A stretch of 55,478 bases of DNA, counting the filler, from Squatina squatina (Eukaryota): NCBI GenBank assembly GCA_031763465.1. It is 3 parts of 3 records of this genome, joined end to end, with 100 filler letters (N's around TTAATTAATTAA, not from the genome) between each part and the next. Parts side by side here need not be neighbours in the genome. Positions count along the whole stretch, not along the records: positions 38,539 to 55,478 come from JARFOE010000192.1; 2 more parts are not named here. One strand, given 5' to 3'. Of this stretch, positions 48,261-55,478 are shown piece by piece; position 1 is the stretch's first letter, and every line of letters starts with the position of its first letter. The translations under genes were made by a program, and so were the position numbers. The notes under the pieces were generated by a model. It was not told the origin of the DNA. It ran no database searches and saw only the letters and a list, made by a program, of their open reading frames with translations.

Positions 48261-51200
48261 CTCGTCTAAGCTCCAGCCCAGACTTATGAGAGGAAGCAAA
48301 CTGTAGTATGAGGTTAGAATTAATCCACAGTGTTTGGGATCAGTAGAGGGAGCTTTATTTCGAAACTGGCTGGATGATACCTGACCTGACAGTGTTTGCT
48401 GCTGTCAAGGGATGCCAGAAATGAGGAAAATGTTCCATTCTCTGGCCGCTAAAACCATTCACCTTTAATGTTACGCAAACGTACAAAAAAAACTATCTAC
48501 AGTATAGCCAACATCTCATGAAGAAGACCACTGAGGAAAAATCCTTCTAAATCTCCTAATTGTATTTACTGTCTGTGGAGATATCCAAAATATTATCAGA
48601 TATATCTCAAAGACAGCATTCTTGTCCCTCTGGGAATGCTTCATTGTAAGCAAAATTGAAATGCTTACCAAAAATATTCGGCACCAGCTGTTGACCAGAC
48701 AGAATGCAATGAGTCTAGCTAGGGTTTCTTCCTTAAGTTTGGAAATTTTATCCATCTAGCCTAATTTTACACTTTGCCGTATAAACTTACAGAGATTTTG
48801 CAATACTTTGGCTTTCCTCCCACAGTGACTAGCCATTGTTTAACCTTATGGTGAAATTGTAACCAAGTCCATGACACTAATGTCATTATTCTCTGAATGC
48901 CCTAAATAATATTAACTTATATAACTTGTTTTCATTGGAGGCAAAGGGCAGCTCCTGATCTTATCACCCGGCCTTAGGCCAACTCCAGTTCAAGCCACAA
49001 GCCGCAGTCTATCCGTGGGGTGAGACAGCATTTCTTTCTGGTTAATTTGAGTCCATCCTGTCATGTTTTACACAGCCGAGTTCTGTAATTGTTCCAACCT
49101 GGGAGGCTAAAGTTTCCTATTCAGCTGCCTGCTGCTGGTTATTGTTGAAAGACAGTAGCTGAGAGTCGTTCTATGGCCCTGTGAGGCACCATGGGAACAG
49201 ACATACCTACACGCAAGGGCCATCGGCATTTGCACCAAGTTGAATGGATTTGGGGTCGGGGTGGGGTGGTGGTGGTGGTGATGGTCAGCCTCAGCGATCT
49301 GTAAACACAAAGTCCCTACTGGAGGGGACAGGTTTGCTTAGAGCATGCTATGCTATGGGCTACTGAGGGTGTTTACAATGCAGATAATTGATGGCAAGAA
49401 TGTGGGCTTTGCCTGCCCACTATCGCTTGCAGTTTACAGGATANNNNNNNNNNNNNNNNNNNNNNNNNNNNNNNNNNNNNNNNNNNNNNNNNNNNNNNNN
49501 NNNNNNNNNNNNNNNNNNNNNNNNNNNNNNNNNNNNNNNNNNNTTGGTCGAGTTGCTCTACTTCATGTTTAAACCAGCTGGTTCCTCTTTTCTCCAGATT
49601 GGCTAAAGTGACAGGTGTAATGGTCGAACGGTGGCATCTGTCATTGTCTCAATGGGCAGCTTGTGACACGGGGGGGTCAGGCAACAGCTGGGCAGGAACA
49701 TACAGCTGCAATCTGTTTAGCTTCTCAGATACAAAATGGCAGCCTAAGTGCAGTAGGAAACAGCTTACTGTGTGGAAAATTGTGTTCTTATTCTTAATAT
49801 ATTTTAAATTAGATCACCAAAGGGCACCGACCAGACTGCTGGCACAGTGATATCCCTAAATTGCGGGTAAATTATTTGGGCTAAATCCCATTTAAATATA
49901 TTATTTTATTAACTTCGAATTCTTCACTAAAATTAAAGGAAGGAGATAGCTATTTCGGCAGGTTATTTTGTATTTTATCCCATTTTCCCCAATTTCATGT
50001 CAGCCTGTGTCTGTACCATGGCTGAGATGCCAGGCACCTTACAAAGTTTAGCTACTCACTCAGGCCGGTGGGAGGTGCCAGAAAGTCATTTGCGGTTGGC
50101 CCTCTCTCTCTCTGATTTTTCTTTGTTCCTCCTGTCCCTTGAAAGGTGTGGCCGAGACGGACAGCTCGGCATGTGAGAAACTGCAATGTAAATTTCTGCC
50201 CTGCCATTCAGTGGCATAACTCATTGAAACAATGCACCACCACACTGCCCACTTTGTTGAGATCCCAGTCCTACAGTCCTACAGATGGGCACTGCATGTG
50301 AGCAGAAACAATTAATCACAAGTTAGATAGTTGCCAGAAAAAAAAGGTGAACCAGCTAAACATGCTGAGGGCAGTAAGGGGTCACCGAGGTCTGAAGATT
50401 TAATGACATTACAGTGGGAACCGATGTCCTTCAGTGATGTTATCTGAGATGCACTGTTTACTGGAGTGCAGGGACAGGCGAATAGATGGATGGCTTCAGC
50501 AGTCCTCCATCACCTGATGAGGACAGAAGATATTTGGTAAAAGCTGGGCCTTATTATTATTTGCCTGTGGTGAAAGGGTAGAGGTTACTTGTGCTGTCAT
50601 TCTACTGTGCGCCTGCTTAGGGCTGTCTCTACATGCCTNNNNNNNNNNNNNNNNNNNNNNNNNNNNNNNNNNNNNNNNNNNNNNNNNNNNNNNNNNNNNN
50701 NNNNNNNNNNNNNNNNNNNNNNNNNNNNNNNNNNNNNNCTGTCGCTAGAAGGCACGCAAGAGGAATTAAAAGATAGTTCTCCCTCTTATTTTCACTAATT
50801 CCCTAAGGATAAGAATCTGTCCTCTTCTCAGCTCCTCCTCATGATCAGAAACTCAATGTGTAAAGAATCAGAGGTGCAAAGTTCAACCTACCACACAACT
50901 GTGAAGCACATTAAGGCTCCTGAGGAATACAGTCCTCCCTTTAATTCTTTTCCACAAGCCACACACAGATCAATATTTCAGGACAATAAGTCGGCAGAGA
51001 AACACGCATCATCACCCACAGACACAGCTAGGCACAACTGAATTTGCAAGGACCAATGCCCCTGTTATTACTGGATGTCAAGCCAAGCCATCTGTAATTT
51101 AGTACCAATGTTGAGAAGGAGCAAAATGAAACATTTTTCCAACAGCATAAACGTTATCAAAACTGTTTATATGGGAGACCTATGTTTCTTCATTTAAAAA

Positions 51201-51761
51201 AAAACAAAATTTTTTTTTTGAACAAAGCCATTGTGATGCTCTTTAAAAGTATTTTCAAATAAACATAAACTAGTTGCACTCAGTTCAGCCGGTGGTATAA
51301 ACAGAATATACAACAGGAAGCAGTCGGAGGTACAATTTGTGCCACTTATCAGCACTGTTTACACTTTGTAGGACAGGGAAGTGGATATGAAGCAGAGCCC
51401 TTTGTCCCACATATACAGTTCATTTTTCATAATGTCACAGTCTGATTATTGTTATGATTAGCTGCTGATGATGGGCACCAGATTTGATCACTAGAATCAG
51501 AAACCCATGCGTACTCTTCTCTCTCTTTCAGTTTTTCTCTCTTACTCTTTCCTTCCTTCCTTGTGTCTTTCTGCCACTCTATCTCCCAGGTCTGTATGTT
51601 TTCTTGCATTTCATTCAGTGTTACAAACAGTTTTCAGATACAAAAGGACCATCTGCCTTCTGTAACCCCTATAAACCTAAACTTTTCTCACCTGCAAGGA
51701 TCAAAGCACAATACGCAAAGACAACTTATTTGTGTGGTCAGAAGTTGAAACAATTTCAAAG

Positions 51762-51908
51762 GACGGCCAATTCATGGGAAAACTTCTAGCGCGAAAGCGG
51801 CGCAAAACTGGCGTTAAGCCACTTTTGGCGCTAAAACGCAGGCGCACAATTCGGGTCCCGTTTGCGCCAGCGCAAAACGAGCGCAAAGCCCATAATGCTC
51901 GAGATGCT
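51762..51908. mobile_element. CpG-rich end of a young putative DNA transposon/MITE, cut by a gap
   Basis: Abrupt CpG-dense block (gcgcgaaagcggcgcaaaactggcg...ttgcgccagcgcaaaacgagcgc) in AT-rich context, starting ggccaattc. Confidence 0.4.
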
Positions 51909-54900
51909 NNNNNNNNNNNNNNNNNNNNNNNNNNNNNNNNNNNNNNNNNNNNNNNNNNNNNNNNNNNNNNNNNNNNNNNNNNNNNNNNNNNNNNNNNNNN
52001 NNNNNNNNAATCACCCCATTCCTTCTTTTCTCTATTCCTTTTTCTACAGTAGCAAATAAGCACTGGAAAGTAATTTTACTGTCAAACCTGGCTGCAAAAA
52101 ATGTAGAGGTTCATTATTCAACTTGTTTCTATTCATTTGCAAAAACAAACTCATAAGTACTGTTACAACCTGTAGGAGTATGCACTTCAGGTTGTATCAC
52201 TGACAGAATCATACAGATACATTTTTCACTCTATGCTTTGGCTGCAGCATCCTGGAAATTGCCAGTAGAAGGATAGTTTTTCTCTTCCTTCACTTAAGAG
52301 TGAAAGTTCTGGAAGAATATCTATTCCAACCTTAGGCTGAGGCCTTTGAGTGAGACATTAATGGAGGTACTCAAAGACATAAATTTTAAAGGAATGCTTA
52401 GTCACATTATTATGAAATATGTCATTTTTTGAATATTTTCATTCACTTAAATCATTATTTTAGGCATTAGAAATTTCAGTTACTAAGAAAGAAATAGCAG
52501 TGCAAATATTTTCAGAAAACATTTCAAGCCGTTTTTGGTAGCCCAGTGGCCAGATAATGCAATTTCAGCATAATATGCTCTCACTATAAATAGCAGCTAT
52601 GTGTGTCACGCAGTGTGACACCTTTAACATTGAAAATGCCTATCATAATGCCCCTACAGGGTAACAGGTTTCACGGGTACTTGTAATGAGTTTTCAATAA
52701 AACATGTGCCCCATGTGTCAATCTTACTATATAACTAGTAGATATATGGATACACATATCTATGTAGTTCTTCTGTATGTGCATGCCAATTTATGTAATG
52801 ATTTGCTGAATTATTTTAAAATGTTTCAGCTGAAGGGAATCTATCATCTTTTTATGCCAACACAGTAGAAATTCTTGGCCACAATCTAAAACTGCTGTAT
52901 TGCAAAATGAAAAACATTGCCATATCTAATAAATAATATTGAAAGTGTTGGCCTGTACAGTAAAGTGTGCCAAGAAAGAACAAATGGTCTCACTTATATT
53001 TTCACATTTTTAAAGTGTTTCATTTTCTGTTTAAAAGATAGGAATTATGCCTTGACATTTTATTTGAGTCATTCTTGATTTATTAACATTAAAGTAGTCC
53101 ATCAAACTGTCACACACACTTCACAGGACACTTACTGCGCACACAGTGTTTTCATTCAAATTAACTTGTCCTTCAGGCAATTTATAAAATATTCTCCGTG
53201 AGGGGGGAATGTAAACTGTTCTACTGTTGCTTCCTCAGCTGACTTTCTCGGGATTGTTTAACTGGTGATAAAAACAATGAAATCTGTATTCTACTGAAAC
53301 CGCAGAAAGGAAGTCTGGGTGGAGCTTTCTGTCAAATGTACAGACAAGTTGTTGCAATGTGGACATTCAAACAATTGCATAAAAAGCACTCGGGACTCCA
53401 CTTGTTTAACATTCTGCATAAATATTTTTAACATATTTGCACTATGTCCCCATTGTAAAGTTAATTAGAGCTATATTTTACAAGTAAGTGTGGAAATGCA
53501 ATGATAATCATGTTTTATAATGAGTATGTTGCAGCTAAACTGAAGTATCTAACATTCCATCACTTATCTATTCCTGAGACATGGAGCTGTCAACATTAGA
53601 CAAGATGTGAGCTTTTCAGTCACAAGCTACACCTCNNNNNNNNNNNNNNNNNNNNNNNNNNNNNNNNNNNNNNNNNNNNNNNNNNNNNNNNNNNNNNNNN
53701 NNNNNNNNNNNNNNNNNNNNNNNNNNNNNNNNNNNATTACATTTGCCACTTCCTTTGAAAATATTTGGCACTTGCTCCCAGAAACAGTGGAGAAGCCCAA
53801 ATACTAAAGCTGAATAGTTCCGTCAAACCAGGCTCACCGCCCTCATACAAGTAGATTCACACACTAGTATTCGTTTCAGTCACAGACTGAATTTTTTGAT
53901 ATGAATATCAATTTGAACGAAGCAATGGGGGTTATTTTTTTAAGATGCTGCTCTCGTACGTGAGTCAAAAGCTCTGTCCATTTAAAAAAAGTAAAACTGT
54001 GCTGTGTTGAGGAAAGACCTTCTGTAAGGACCAGGTACTTTATAAATTGCTGCAGTACATATTTCATGTTTGAATAAATATCAGAAGCAAACTTAATAAC
54101 TTTATTAACCACAAACGGCACAACTTCTTTACTGTTCTGATGATCGTGTGATTGTTGCTTTATCTAATGATTCAGAATAACATTTGGAATTTTCTTTCAG
54201 CAAAGCTATTCATTTGGGAATAGTGAGCAACCTGAATGTAATACGGAAGAGACACAATTCCTGCTAAAAAAAAAAGATTGAGGGGATTAAGCAACAGGAA
54301 AAGGTGGAATTCAAATTTTATCCAAAGACATTGGCTTGGTGATTTTTATTTTTAGCAACACAAGCAAATAGAAATCCCAGGAAGTTTGTAAAACACAAAT
54401 CAGTTAAGGTTAAAGAAAGCTTCCACCAAATACATGGCTAAACCAAAGTCTCGTAAATTTACTCCTGCCAGGGAAGCCTAGATTAAGCTTCTCTGCATGC
54501 ATTCTTAGTGCTTGTGACAATAGCAACACTTCCTTTTGGGCTAATGGCTCCTGAGCCTTGTCTATTGTTTGCTGATTAACTGGTCCATTCATTGCTCAGA
54601 CCACTAATAGCATACTCTTCATAGTTTTCCTGCATTACTGTAAGCATTAATGAGACACAATTACAGCTCACAGCAATTCTCAGGCCTAAGCAATTCTAAA
54701 GTGCTTTTTTGCTGAATGAGAGTTCCTTCAGAATAGTGGGTAAATTCACTTAACTGTTGGGTAGAGCAAGGAGTTTTTGTTTAGAAANNNNNNNNNNNNN
54801 NNNNNNNNNNNNNNNNNNNNNNNNNNNNNNNNNNNNNNNNNNNNNNNNNNNNNNNNNNNNNNNNNNNNNNNNNNNNNNNNNNNNNNNCTTTCAAAGAGCC

Positions 54901-55478
54901 TCCTTCTGTACTGTAAGATTCTATGAATCTATAGTTAGTTCTGTGGAAACACAGAGAAGCACTTTGAGTTTGTTGAAGTAACGAGCTGAAGGTGGATTAA
55001 TCCACAAGGTGCACACATCTTTACCTCATGGTGCTAACACAGCATGGGGCCAGACAAGAGGCTTTTACAGGACCCAGTTCCACTTATGACTGATTAACAG
55101 AAAAGCCATGAGCAAATAAATACCAGGGGTGGTTAATGGAAAAGGTGGCAATGAGGAGGAAGATGTCTCTATAATCTGAAACAGTGTGATGTGATTAAGG
55201 TTGTGCGGAGGCTTCCTTAGAATTGTAACAACATTGAAGTACATTTGTGTTTGTTCTTGGAGGGAGAAATTAAATCAAATTTTAATCTGAGGAGCAATCT
55301 AAAGTTTGCTCTGATGATATAAGTAACCAGATAAACTTTAACTCAAAGTTTAACAAGTTGAATAAACAGCAGTCAACAAGCACACAGGCCAGAATTCTGA
55401 CGTTGCATAGAAAGTAAATAGGATTTATCATTTTTTTTGTCTTACCTTTCTTTCGCTAGTTTTCTCTCCTCTCCCACT

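Noticed and set aside
49240-49290. His-run ORF and G-rich tract (possible G-quadruplex)
   Set aside because: Simple (GGT)n microsatellite with no supporting context.

Overview
This is eukaryotic vertebrate genomic DNA, almost certainly a cartilaginous fish (shark or ray), judged from its repeat families and protein similarities. The assembly is very fragmented: 1-2 kb contigs separated by unsized 100-N gaps, plus two artificial N44-TTAATTAATTAA-N44 linkers. Two split genes are recognisable. GPR37 is on the minus strand, with parts of both coding exons (7404-7847 and 9356-10232). An ITPRID2/SSFA2(KRAP)-like gene is on the plus strand, with five visible coding exons between 26437 and 37382, three of which the ORF track misses. 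The rest is intronic or intergenic: DeuSINE/SacSINE1-type SINEs, two further SINE families, L2 and CR1 LINE fragments, a Harbinger transposase remnant, MITE-like palindromes and minisatellites. There is no CRISPR array, rRNA or true tRNA. I do not see a demonstrably new biological system. The best leads are an apparently intact minimal type I hammerhead ribozyme in a Penelope-like fragment (17043-17081), the unexpected GPR37/ITPRID2-like neighbourhood (an extra paralogue or a scaffolding artefact), GC-AG donors in the ITPRID2-like gene, and the missing second half of its IP3R-binding domain. All family assignments come from recalled sequence knowledge; no searches were run.
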